NCBI GenBank assembly: GCA_034440515.1
Contig: JAWXCF010000099.1
Coordinates: forward strand, 2,270-66,269
Source: Bacteroidota bacterium
GTDB taxonomy: Bacteria; Bacteroidota; Bacteroidia; CAILMK01
DNA length: 64,000 bases
Reading direction: 5' to 3'
Every line of letters begins with the position of its first letter. Position 1 is the stretch's first letter. Below the pieces are notes generated by a model, which was not told the origin of the DNA, searched no databases, and saw nothing but the letters and a program-made list of their open reading frames with translations. Below, in pieces: positions 51,501 to 60,043 of the stretch. The position numbers and the translations under genes are program-made.

Positions 51501-54500
51501 GATGCCATTAGCAGGCAATACAGTTACTGCTTTTACTATTGGTTTACTTGGTTTGATAGTATCAAATGGTACCCTAGTTATACTATCTGAATACGAAATT
51601 GGACCATCTGCACGCACAGCTTTAACTCTGTAGCTAACTGGTATGCCACAACTTAGAGGTAGATGCAAATACTGGGTATCAATGTTAGATAGTCCTGTAA
51701 TTGTTGTTTGCCAAGATTTAGTCATTGTGTTATAAGTTTCAAGGTTATAACTAGTTATGCTGCGACCTCTAAATTTGGTCCAATCAATTAAGTTCTCCTG
51801 ATTTCTAGCAATTCCTTTTATAGATATTGGGCAGAATACTTCACTGTTAGATGCATTAAGGCAAGAGTCATTGGTTACAATACGGTAACAATAGTTTTGA
51901 CCAATTTTTGCGCTAGTATCATTATAAGTATAACTTAACTGTGAGCCACCATAAAGAATAAATGTCAAACGTTTATAGCCAGTTCCAGAATTGCGTTCAA
52001 CGGAATATCCGTAAACGTCTGCACTATCTGAACCTTTAAATGTAATGGTAAAACCACGATGAGGCTGGCTAGTCACATTCAAAATTACTGGACTGTTGGC
52101 TGGTATTATATCAATTGCTTGCCCACCGGCAGTGTCACTGTAAAATGTATTTCCAGAGCTGTCAACAATTGCAACCCTATAAAAAACTGCGGAATTACAA
52201 GGTGCTGGAAATTTTCTCCAAGTAGTATCACTTGGATTGGCTAGTGAGTCAACCGTTACATAACTGCTCCCTTGTCTATTCTGTATAAACGTTATGCTAG
52301 GTGTTATGCCTTTATAACCTGTCCAAGCAAGGTCGTGTACCAATTGACCAACTGTCATCTTCAACTCTATAGTTCTGTGTATAATAGAGCTATCACCATA
52401 GTTACCACAACTATCTACTGTTACAATTTGATATTCATAATTACTGAAGCGTGTATTCAGGCCAGTATGAGTGTAGTTGTTTTCATTAGGCTTAGCTGTG
52501 TATAATAGACTCCAACTTTGACCAACTAAGCGACCATAGACCAACACATTTTTAGCATAAGGTTCACCTGTAACACTTTGCCAAGTTAGTTCTACTGTAC
52601 CAGTACTAGTATTGGTAATTATTTTACTAGCGCCCAATATTATTGATGGGTTTGGTCTGTGCGTGATGTTAATAACTAAGTTAGATGCTATTGGTTCTGC
52701 TACACCTAGATACAATGGCTGTATATAGTATTCGTAGAAATACACATTAGTTATAGCATTATCTGTATAGGTGCTTTGAGTGCCATTTACGTTCGTCAGT
52801 AGGCTAAAGCTTCCTCCCTGAGTGCTTCTATATATATTAAATGAGCTAATAGTTTGCCCAGTCCCCTTGGTATTATTCCAATTTAAATCAATTTTTTGCT
52901 GACAACCAGTAATAGTCGTATTAAGTAAATGTGTGTTGAAGAATTCACTTGGAATACTTCTATTGTTTGCGCAGCTGTCCATAGCTATTATTCTATAACT
53001 GTAATGGTTACCCGCTGCATTTACGTTGTTGTCATTGTAGAATGTGTCTACAACAGTAGTATCTATATTTACAAATGTACCTGAGCTACCTGTCCGTCTT
53101 TGAATTATATATTTTCTAGTATCAACATCCTTTGTTTTGTTCCAAACCAACAAAACTTCATCATCTGCTAATACAGAAGCAAATACTAATTTAATTTTTG
53201 CTGGTGCTACAGTATCAAATGGTGTAGCCGATGTGCTATCACTCAAGGCTGATTCATTATCACCACCTAATTCATTAGCCATTACTTTATATTGTCTAGT
53301 TACATTACAATTTAGTGGTAAATTAGTAAAAAACGTATCAGTAGTAGAACCAATGTTTGTCCAAACATTATTGTTTAGTCTTAAGATTGAATAACTAGAT
53401 ACGTTAAAGCCTCTATAACTATTCCAAGTAAGATCTATGGAAAGGTTTTTTGCTTTAGCCTTAACTAAAATTGTTTTATGCGCTTCACTCGTTTTAGATT
53501 TATTGGGTCCACAACTATCTACTGCATACACTTGGTAACTGTATGTGTTAGTTAATGTGTTTACGCTTTTGTCATTATAGCTTACTGTTCCAGAACTATT
53601 TACTGGATCCGTTAGTGTAGTGAGTAGGGAAATGCTACCAGTGCCCGTTCTTCTATATATTTCGTATTTACGAACATCTACATTGGCTACTTTATTAAAC
53701 TTTAGAAGTATTTCTGAACTATTTATAACACTCGCGCTCAATATATTAACTCTATTAGGACTAACTGTATCAAATGATGTTATTGCTACGGCATTGCTAT
53801 AGCTGTAAGCCATAATTTGAGATCTGTAGTAAGCAAGCCTGAAAGTAGTAGTTATGTTACAACTTACGACTTCGTTGTAAATTGAGTCTCTGTTTACAAG
53901 CCTTGCACTGGTAGGAATGCTTGTCCAAATACCGTTTATTAGTTTCTGTACAAATACAGTATCAGAAGGCGTAGATAAAGTTTTTTTCCAAATTAAGTTG
54001 TGGTTTAACTGTTGACCTGTACCCGTTAATCGAGCTACGCAAATAGTGTTACTAAATTTACTTAACTGTCCGCAAGTATCTTCTGCCTTGATGCTGTAAC
54101 AATATTGATTTAGGGTGCTGTTTGTCGCTTTTTTGTCTAATAAACTATAGGTATTGGTGGCTTTTATATGAATTACAGTATCTATTGCTGTGTAAGTATT
54201 ACCAGCAATACTTCTATATAGTATATACCTTTTTGTGTCGTTGCTGTCGCTTTTGTTAAAAGTAATTTCAATACTATCTCTACCTATTACGCTGGCATTT
54301 AATAGTTTATTATTTATGTTTGGTGCAGTACTATCTTTTAGTATTATGCTATTAGTAGTATTTGATATTGAACTGCACCACTTAGCTGTGTCTTTAACTT
54401 GAATTTGAGTTTTAAAACTTAAATTACAGTTACGCATATCATAGAAATTTTTCTTGGTGCTGTCTTTTAATTTTAGACCAGTACCAACGTCTGTGTATAT

Positions 54501-56189
54501 GTAGTAAGTAAAAGCATATCTTTTTGAATGGATATTCCAATTTATGCGAACCATTTTGTCAGTCATCTTATTGGGAATGACTAAGATATTACCCATAGTG
54601 TCACTTGGCAATCCCTCTAGTCCACAAGAGTTTTGAGTTGTAATAAAATATCTATAATATTTGGTGTTTGCATTTGTCGCCTTTTTATCTGTCCAGCTGG
54701 TTTTTAAGTAGTTGTTTATACTATCTACCAATACAAAGTTTCCACTAAGTGCTGTATCTCTGTATATTTTAAAGTAGCTAAAGTCTTTCTTTTTTGCTGT
54801 ATCAGTAAATGTAATTTTAATGCTGTCTTTCCCAACTATGTTGACACATCTGAATGCTGGGGGTCTATATATAGTCTTAGTTTTGACGTATATACTATAA
54901 GTTCGGTAAACTGTGTTACAATTTTCGTCACTTGCAGAAACGGTAATAACGTGAGGACTAGTAAAGGTAATGTGGTTACAACTAGGCACCCATTTTATTT
55001 TTAACTCTGCTGATTTATAGCCTATTAGTGTACCAGTCACCGTGGCGTATGGTGGTACTATTGAAGCATTGTTAGAGAAAATGCCCCCAGTTGCTGCCAT
55101 ATAAACAGTATCTCCAGTTGACCTAGCAATTGCTGATATATTTAGTGTATCTCCAACATTTAAATACCGAGTATAACCAAGTGTGTCTTTTACATATTGT
55201 GGAGCATATGACACACTACAAGACCCAACTACAAATTGTAAATCTCGACGTATATAGCCTATAAATCTGGCCTTTCGAGTAACAGGATTCACTCGATATT
55301 CTGCTATTTGAATAGCTACTATATAGTTTCCATTACTTGCAGGATTTACAGAAATTTCTCCTGTTACGCTATTTATACTAGCACTACTGCCAGATCCGAA
55401 TGGATTACCTGCACTATATCCGGATCCATATACTACAGATAAAAAATTGGGATGACCTGGCGGCACAGGTGTAGGGAAACCGTTAGTATTACAGTTTCCA
55501 ATAGGACTAGATGGTTTTTCTAAAGAAAATACCAAAGAATCTTTGTCTTTGTCCGAAACTAATGGATTAAAAACTGTTGTTCTGCCTGAACAAACAAATG
55601 GAATCGGATTGGTTAAAAATTGAGGGGAAGAGTTTACTATGGTTTTTACTGGTACAAAACAATACCAAATTGAGCCATAAGGATTCCTTGGATTTGGATT
55701 AAAAGCTCCACAAGATGTGCCTTTAACTATATTGGTAATTGGTGCATTGTAATTTCTAAAATCTCTAGCCCACACTAAATGGTAACCCAATGTATCTGTA
55801 CCAATGGTAAATGTATCTAAATAAATACCTAGTTGTACGCATAATCCAGCTGGGGGCTTACATCTCGGAGCCTCTGGTTGTACTGTCTTAGTTTGAAATA
55901 ATTTGACAGCTCTTGTAGTAAAGGTACTGTATTTGCTATTTGCTACATCGGTAGCTGGGTATCTGTAATACGTTATAGTATTGTCTAAAGCTGCTGCACC
56001 ATTGCCACTAGTACAGTCTCTATACACCATTATTTTTACTTCTACTCTTCCATTACCAATGTCTCGATAGGTACAATCTCCCCCCATTAAGTGATTAGCT
56101 TGAGAGAGAGTCGAATTTGCCAGTATTATTATCAAACAGAGGTTTAATATAAGTAAAAGTTTCTTCATAATATATAAGTAGTATATCAA
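48501..56189 (-). CDS. Giant (about 2560 aa) secreted adhesin-like protein made of roughly 25 FN3/Ig-like repeats, with a T9SS type B (CHU_C-like) C-terminal domain
   Basis: Signal peptide MKKLLLILNLCLIIILANSTLSQA; the likely start is at 56168, inside the ORF-track span. Dozens of about 95-aa repeats have conserved W...Y(R/K)(I/L)YR...Y.Y patterns. The C-terminus ...FPNAFTPTQSTNLNDSF...MKIINRWGQIVY...GVPWNGK... matches the type B CTD. Confidence 0.8.
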   Translation of the reverse strand: MIYYLYIMKKLLLILNLCLIIILANSTLSQANHLMGGDCTYRDIGNGRVEVKIMVYRDCTSGNGAAALDNTITYYRYPATDVANSKYSTFTTRAVKLFQTKTVQPEAPRCKPPAGLCVQLGIYLDTFTIGTDTLGYHLVWARDFRNYNAPITNIVKGTSCGAFNPNPRNPYGSIWYCFVPVKTIVNSSPQFLTNPIPFVCSGRTTVFNPLVSDKDKDSLVFSLEKPSSPIGNCNTNGFPTPVPPGHPNFLSVVYGSGYSAGNPFGSGSSASINSVTGEISVNPASNGNYIVAIQIAEYRVNPVTRKARFIGYIRRDLQFVVGSCSVSYAPQYVKDTLGYTRYLNVGDTLNISAIARSTGDTVYMAATGGIFSNNASIVPPYATVTGTLIGYKSAELKIKWVPSCNHITFTSPHVITVSASDENCNTVYRTYSIYVKTKTIYRPPAFRCVNIVGKDSIKITFTDTAKKKDFSYFKIYRDTALSGNFVLVDSINNYLKTSWTDKKATNANTKYYRYFITTQNSCGLEGLPSDTMGNILVIPNKMTDKMVRINWNIHSKRYAFTYYIYTDVGTGLKLKDSTKKNFYDMRNCNLSFKTQIQVKDTAKWCSSISNTTNSIILKDSTAPNINNKLLNASVIGRDSIEITFNKSDSNDTKRYILYRSIAGNTYTAIDTVIHIKATNTYSLLDKKATNSTLNQYCYSIKAEDTCGQLSKFSNTICVARLTGTGQQLNHNLIWKKTLSTPSDTVFVQKLINGIWTSIPTSARLVNRDSIYNEVVSCNITTTFRLAYYRSQIMAYSYSNAVAITSFDTVSPNRVNILSASVINSSEILLKFNKVANVDVRKYEIYRRTGTGSISLLTTLTDPVNSSGTVSYNDKSVNTLTNTYSYQVYAVDSCGPNKSKTSEAHKTILVKAKAKNLSIDLTWNSYRGFNVSSYSILRLNNNVWTNIGSTTDTFFTNLPLNCNVTRQYKVMANELGGDNESALSDSTSATPFDTVAPAKIKLVFASVLADDEVLLVWNKTKDVDTRKYIIQRRTGSSGTFVNIDTTVVDTFYNDNNVNAAGNHYSYRIIAMDSCANNRSIPSEFFNTHLLNTTITGCQQKIDLNWNNTKGTGQTISSFNIYRSTQGGSFSLLTNVNGTQSTYTDNAITNVYFYEYYIQPLYLGVAEPIASNLVINITHRPNPSIILGASKIITNTSTGTVELTWQSVTGEPYAKNVLVYGRLVGQSWSLLYTAKPNENNYTHTGLNTRFSNYEYQIVTVDSCGNYGDSSIIHRTIELKMTVGQLVHDLAWTGYKGITPSITFIQNRQGSSYVTVDSLANPSDTTWRKFPAPCNSAVFYRVAIVDSSGNTFYSDTAGGQAIDIIPANSPVILNVTSQPHRGFTITFKGSDSADVYGYSVERNSGTGYKRLTFILYGGSQLSYTYNDTSAKIGQNYCYRIVTNDSCLNASNSEVFCPISIKGIARNQENLIDWTKFRGRSITSYNLETYNTMTKSWQTTITGLSNIDTQYLHLPLSCGIPVSYRVKAVRADGPISYSDSITRVPFDTIKPSKPIVKAVTVLPANGIRLSWAFNPNSDIKFYDIYRKDSTSAYTKIVTVTRDSVYIDRPGNLNKYYSYYIVAIDSCDGTHRSNASIEYGTMRLRLSTKDCKPLVRISFGAFIGYGSSNTSYNILRSTSRSGTYSIIQSQSNNQLYIDNNVDTSSRFYYYVQARNTSTGLISNGDTLSIKPRIFEAPLPLSITEVDVTSTSSTNGSVNISWISPNINDTFIIGYRLYHSIVANGTYTLLSDIKNLGTLSYVHSSTNTKTSANYYYLVGYNKCLTEGFIPIKYLAINLSVTAVNNSNNISFNKYRGAVVTRYEIDRSEGSNGLTTKYYVPSSDSTFADTNISCGKVYNYRIKAFNIAQPNLLIHSDTVRVRALDNLAPQIANQVSASVTSSSASNGTNELTFLVAGDKNRKSSYIYRSSNGVFFLIDSFKSNSTGLVRYVDSKANNKTTAYSYFIRSIDSCGNIATPSDTHTTVLLEATAQNAYNRVSWTEYIGFKSTRYTLEKRSNFGVWVPIYTLNTSGFYNDADVRCRTNYEYRITVFDSLNSVSAFSNTDTVVSYENNAPEPPILDLATVTKTGSNTGIIALKWTASNASDKSKYLVYRRQTTNWNLIAQLPNTQLTYNDTALNTYREKYQYKVRVIDTCGNLSNDLFAFTHSPVSLKTVSGNESIELSWTPYEGFNINRYNIYRNGILITSFASSVTAFTDTQKVCFRKYSYVIEAIGNKDVSFSNRDSAQPFDIIAPKPVHLISASVAKSNGAVEIKWAKSGNWDASGFKLYRRKLPNGDLKVIYQTKNQNDTTYRDSTVLHQEGFCYQVTVVDSCGNMSLFSNLGCTIGLKVESKPLQHLLSWSPYRQWLNPIKKYVVYRRSNDTGVWVLIGSAIGTKTNWADLAIPTDGGNFCYRVEAVENNSLYDATSYSNIFCVNQDPIVFFPNAFTPTQSTNLNDSFGPKGAYIKSYNMKIINRWGQIVYSTDAGVPWNGKTNNGESAPESIYTYIVNVKGYENKWKYYSGTIIILK

Positions 56190-56315
56190 GTGCCAATTTC
56201 GAATTTACAACAATTATTTATTTAATAACATTGTAGAACTGTATATTAAAAAAATTGTTTTAGGTTGTATATATAAATTTCCGTTAATTAATATAATTTT
56301 AATGTTTAAAACAAT

Positions 56316-57416
56316 ATGTTAGGCTTTAATTTTTCAGAATACAAACCAAATGATAGCACGAACGATCCCTTTAAAAAATTATTGGATTTGTTTATGCAGC
56401 TACTCAACTATACAGCTGGTGATGCATCAGAAGCGCTGTCTTGGATGAATGAAATTGACAATCAATATAAATTGACTGATGACAATTACGGAATGGGCGA
56501 TTTCATTCAAGATCTGAAGGATAAGGGATATATAAAAGATGATACTAATTCGCCTGGAGATTTCGATCTTACCAAAAAATCTGAGCAATCAATACGGAAA
56601 CGCAGTCTAGATGAAATATTTGGTAAGCTGAAGAAGTCTTCTCAAGGCAACCATAAAACCAGTTACTCTGGCAATGGTGATGAATTAACTACCGACAGAA
56701 GAGCATTTGAGTTTGGAGACAAACTAGAGAATATTGATATGACCGATAGTTTGAGAAATGCTCAAATTAATCACGGCATCGGCGATCTAATGTTATTGGA
56801 GAGTGACTTAGAGGTTGTTGATAATGAGTTCAAAACCCAAACTAGTACAGTATTAATGATAGACATAAGTCATAGTATGATATTGTATGGTGAGGACAGA
56901 ATAACCCCTGCCAAAAAGGTAGCGATGGCGCTAAGTGAATTAATTACGACGAAGTACCCTAAAGATACTTTAGACATTATTGTATTTGGCAATGATGCCT
57001 GGCCAATAGAAATTAAAGATTTACCTTATTTAAAAGTCGGGCCTTATCATACTAACACCATAGCTGGTTTAGAGTTAGCTATGGATCTGCTGAGGAGGAG
57101 AAAAAACGCAAATAAGCAGATATTTATGATAACTGATGGCAAGCCAACTTGTATGAAAGTAGGTATTAAATATTATAAAAACAGTTTTGGTCTAGATAGA
57201 AAAATTTTAAATAAAACTTTGAATTTGGCGGCACAATGTAGAAGGCTTAAAATAAAGGTTACCACATTTATGGTAGCGTCTGACCCTTATCTACAGAAAT
57301 TTGTTCAAGAATTTACGCAAGTCAATCAAGGTAAGGCATTCTATACCAGCCTACAAGGTTTGGGAGACTATGTATTTGAAGATTATGAAAAAAACAGAAG
57401 AAAGAAAGTCAAATAA
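56316..57416 (+). CDS. von Willebrand factor A (vWA) domain protein with an acidic N-terminal region (ChlD-like)
   Basis: MIDAS motif in context TSTVLMIDISHSM (DxSxS), followed by a Rossmann-like vWA fold (...IIVFGNDAW...FMITDGKPT...). Length is 366 aa. Confidence 0.65.
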   Translation: MLGFNFSEYKPNDSTNDPFKKLLDLFMQLLNYTAGDASEALSWMNEIDNQYKLTDDNYGMGDFIQDLKDKGYIKDDTNSPGDFDLTKKSEQSIRKRSLDEIFGKLKKSSQGNHKTSYSGNGDELTTDRRAFEFGDKLENIDMTDSLRNAQINHGIGDLMLLESDLEVVDNEFKTQTSTVLMIDISHSMILYGEDRITPAKKVAMALSELITTKYPKDTLDIIVFGNDAWPIEIKDLPYLKVGPYHTNTIAGLELAMDLLRRRKNANKQIFMITDGKPTCMKVGIKYYKNSFGLDRKILNKTLNLAAQCRRLKIKVTTFMVASDPYLQKFVQEFTQVNQGKAFYTSLQGLGDYVFEDYEKNRRKKVK

Positions 57417-57446
57417 CAATTACTAAACATTTAACACAACATCGCT

Positions 57447-58937
57447 TTGCATAACGACATTAACACCCTAGGTCAATTAAAACAATCTACTTATAAAAGT
57501 AGAGGCATAAAAGACGAAATAAGAGAAAATCTTATTGCAAAACTTGAAAAGAAAGAGCAACTATTTCAAAGTATAGTTGGGTACGAGGACACCGTAATTC
57601 CAGACTTACAACGTGCTCTATTGTCTAGACACAATATTTTGTTTCTTGGACTACGTGGTCAGGCCAAAACTAGAATAGCTAGACTTATGGTAGAACTATT
57701 AGATGAATATATGCCAATAGTTAAAGGATCTGAGCTAAACGACGATCCCTATAACCCACTTAGCAGGTTTGCATTAGATTTAATAGAAGAGATGGGCGAA
57801 GAAACCCCAATAGAGTGGGTGCATAGGTCTAAAAGGTATGCTGAAAAATTGGCAACACCTGATGTAAGTATCGCAGATTTAATTGGTGATGCTGACCCTA
57901 TAAAGGCAGCAACTCTAAAATTACCCTATAGCGATGAGCGAGTTATACATTTCGGTTTGGTACCTAGAGCCAACAGGTGCATATTCGTAATTAATGAACT
58001 GCCTGATTTACAAGCGAGAATTCAAGTTGCGCTATTTAATATATTGCAAGAAGGTGACATTCAAATTCGTGGTTTCAAATTAAGGTTACCCCTTGATTTG
58101 CAATTTGTATTTACTGCAAATCCAGAAGACTATACCAATAGAGGTAGCATAGTAACCCCACTTAAAGATAGGATTCAAAGTCAAATATTGACTCATTATC
58201 CTAAAAACATTATTGACGCAGCAGCTATTACAAAACAAGAGGCTAGGATATTACCAATTCAGAGCGAACGAGTTAATTTATTCGATTGGGCACCTGAATT
58301 AATTGAACAGATAGCGTTTGAAGCTAGAGAAAGTGAGTATGTTGATGCTAAAAGTGGTGTATCAGCTCGTTTGACTATTTCAGCTTATGAAATGTTAGTC
58401 AGCTCTATTGAGCGTAGAGGATTGCTACAGGGAATACCAAAAGCAAATATGAGGATTGCCGACCTATGGGGAGTAATACCAGCTATTACAGGTAAAGTAG
58501 AATTGGTGTATGAGGGTGAGCAAGAGGGAACTGCAAACGTTGCCCAAATACTGTTAGGTAAAGCCTTGCGTTCCGTATTTAAAAACTATTTCCCTGATCC
58601 AGAGGCATCAAGAAAAACTAAAAGTAAAAGCCCATACGATACCACTATTCAATGGTTTGGTCAAGGCAATTCATTAGAAATAATGATGAATATGACCGAT
58701 GACGAATATAAAAAATCGTTGATGGATATTCCAGGATTAGCTGACCTTATTGAGAAGAGTATCGATTATGATGGAGAGGTTGAAAAACTTTTCCTAATGG
58801 AATTTGCTCTTCACGGTATGGCAGAGTTTAGCTTAATCAGTAAGATGAACATAGGTACTGGTAATAGATTCAAAGACATTTTAAGCGGTATGTTTGAAAT
58901 TAAACAAGACGAGTCAGAAGATGAAGAATTATATTAG
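57447..58937 (+). CDS. ChlI/BchI-like (Mg-chelatase-type) AAA+ ATPase
   Basis: IVGYEDTVIPDLQRALLSRHNILFLGLRGQAKTRIAR resembles the ChlI Walker A region (vGQeemklALllnvidp.iGGvlimGdrGtgKS). INELPDLQARIQVALFNILQEGD...RGFKLRLPLDLQFVFTANPEDY resembles ChlI's arginine finger/sensor 2 region. It lies 30 nt downstream of the vWA gene. Confidence 0.6.
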   Translation: MHNDINTLGQLKQSTYKSRGIKDEIRENLIAKLEKKEQLFQSIVGYEDTVIPDLQRALLSRHNILFLGLRGQAKTRIARLMVELLDEYMPIVKGSELNDDPYNPLSRFALDLIEEMGEETPIEWVHRSKRYAEKLATPDVSIADLIGDADPIKAATLKLPYSDERVIHFGLVPRANRCIFVINELPDLQARIQVALFNILQEGDIQIRGFKLRLPLDLQFVFTANPEDYTNRGSIVTPLKDRIQSQILTHYPKNIIDAAAITKQEARILPIQSERVNLFDWAPELIEQIAFEARESEYVDAKSGVSARLTISAYEMLVSSIERRGLLQGIPKANMRIADLWGVIPAITGKVELVYEGEQEGTANVAQILLGKALRSVFKNYFPDPEASRKTKSKSPYDTTIQWFGQGNSLEIMMNMTDDEYKKSLMDIPGLADLIEKSIDYDGEVEKLFLMEFALHGMAEFSLISKMNIGTGNRFKDILSGMFEIKQDESEDEELY

Positions 58938-58987
58938 TAGTATTTCTATTTAGGTTATTTTTGCAGGTCTTTAAATTGTCTAATTAA

Positions 58988-59929
58988 ATGCAAGGCTTAA
59001 ATTATCAGGTAGTTGCTTTTTACAAGTATGTGCATATAATTGATGCAGAAGTTTTTGCTGTTAAGCATTTACGCTATTGCTATAAACACGAGGTAAAGTG
59101 CCGTATTTATATTTCAGATGAGGGTATAAATGGACAATTTAGTGGAACTAAGGAAACTTGCAGTCAATATATTGCTGATTTAACTGCTGATGAGCGATTT
59201 GCTGATATCCTTTTTAAAATAGACGATGTTGCTCAACCTGCATTTAATAAAACACACGTACGTTACAAACGTGAGATTGTCCATTCACAATTGACAGTAA
59301 ATCCTATTGATAAAACGGGTATTCATTTATCAGGGCAAGATTTCTTAGAAATGAAAGATCGTGATGACGTGGTTCTATTAGACGTTCGTAGCGAATATGA
59401 ACACAGAATAGGTCGATTTAAAGATGCTCTCACACTGCCCATAGATAATTTCAGAGAACTGCCTGAGCATATAGACTATTTAAGTCAGTATAAGGGTAAA
59501 AAAGTTATCACCTATTGTACTGGAGGCATTAAGTGTGAAAAGGCAAGCGCCTACTTACTTAGCCAAGGTTTTGAAGAAGTATATCAATTACACGGTGGCA
59601 TTATACAATATGCCAAAGAAACTGGGGGCAAAGACTTTGAGGGTGACCTTTATGTATTTGATGGTAGGGTAGTAATACCTGTAAATGAGGTAAACCCAAC
59701 TGTAATTAGCTACTGTATTCATTGTCATTCAGAGTCAACCAGAATGGTAAATTGCAGTAACGAGATATGCAACAAGAAAGTAATAATGTGCGACAGCTGT
59801 GGCTGGGATTGGGATGGTGCCTGCGCAACAGACTGTAAGTCTGCTTCACTTAGAGAATATACTGGAACAGGTTATTATGCCAAACCTGGTACTACCAGAT
59901 TTTATAGTGTAGAGGAGAATATAGAGTGA
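58988..59929 (+). CDS. trhO: Rhodanese-domain protein of the TrhO/YceA (UPF0176) family, the tRNA uridine(34) hydroxylase-like family
   Basis: YQVVAFYKYVHIIDAEVFAVKHLRYCYKHEVKCRIYISDEGINGQ (TrhO N-domain), a rhodanese core with catalytic Cys (ITYCTGGIKCEKASAYL), and a C-terminal Cys cluster. Confidence 0.75.
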   Translation: MQGLNYQVVAFYKYVHIIDAEVFAVKHLRYCYKHEVKCRIYISDEGINGQFSGTKETCSQYIADLTADERFADILFKIDDVAQPAFNKTHVRYKREIVHSQLTVNPIDKTGIHLSGQDFLEMKDRDDVVLLDVRSEYEHRIGRFKDALTLPIDNFRELPEHIDYLSQYKGKKVITYCTGGIKCEKASAYLLSQGFEEVYQLHGGIIQYAKETGGKDFEGDLYVFDGRVVIPVNEVNPTVISYCIHCHSESTRMVNCSNEICNKKVIMCDSCGWDWDGACATDCKSASLREYTGTGYYAKPGTTRFYSVEENIE

Positions 59930-59985
59930 TGGTTTTTTAAATGACTTTCTAATATGTCAGTTAACATCTAATTGTAATTCAAGCA

Positions 59986-60027
59986 TAAAAAAAAAGCCCT
60001 GTATAGATTTCTATACGGGGCTTTTTA
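59986..60027. terminator. Bidirectional rho-independent terminator between convergent trhO and the porP/sprF-like gene
   Basis: 12-bp stem AGCCCTGTATAG / CTATACGGGGCT (one G-U) with a 4-nt loop, flanked by A9 upstream and T5 downstream. Confidence 0.75.
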
Positions 60028-60043
60028 TATAATTAGTTAGACT

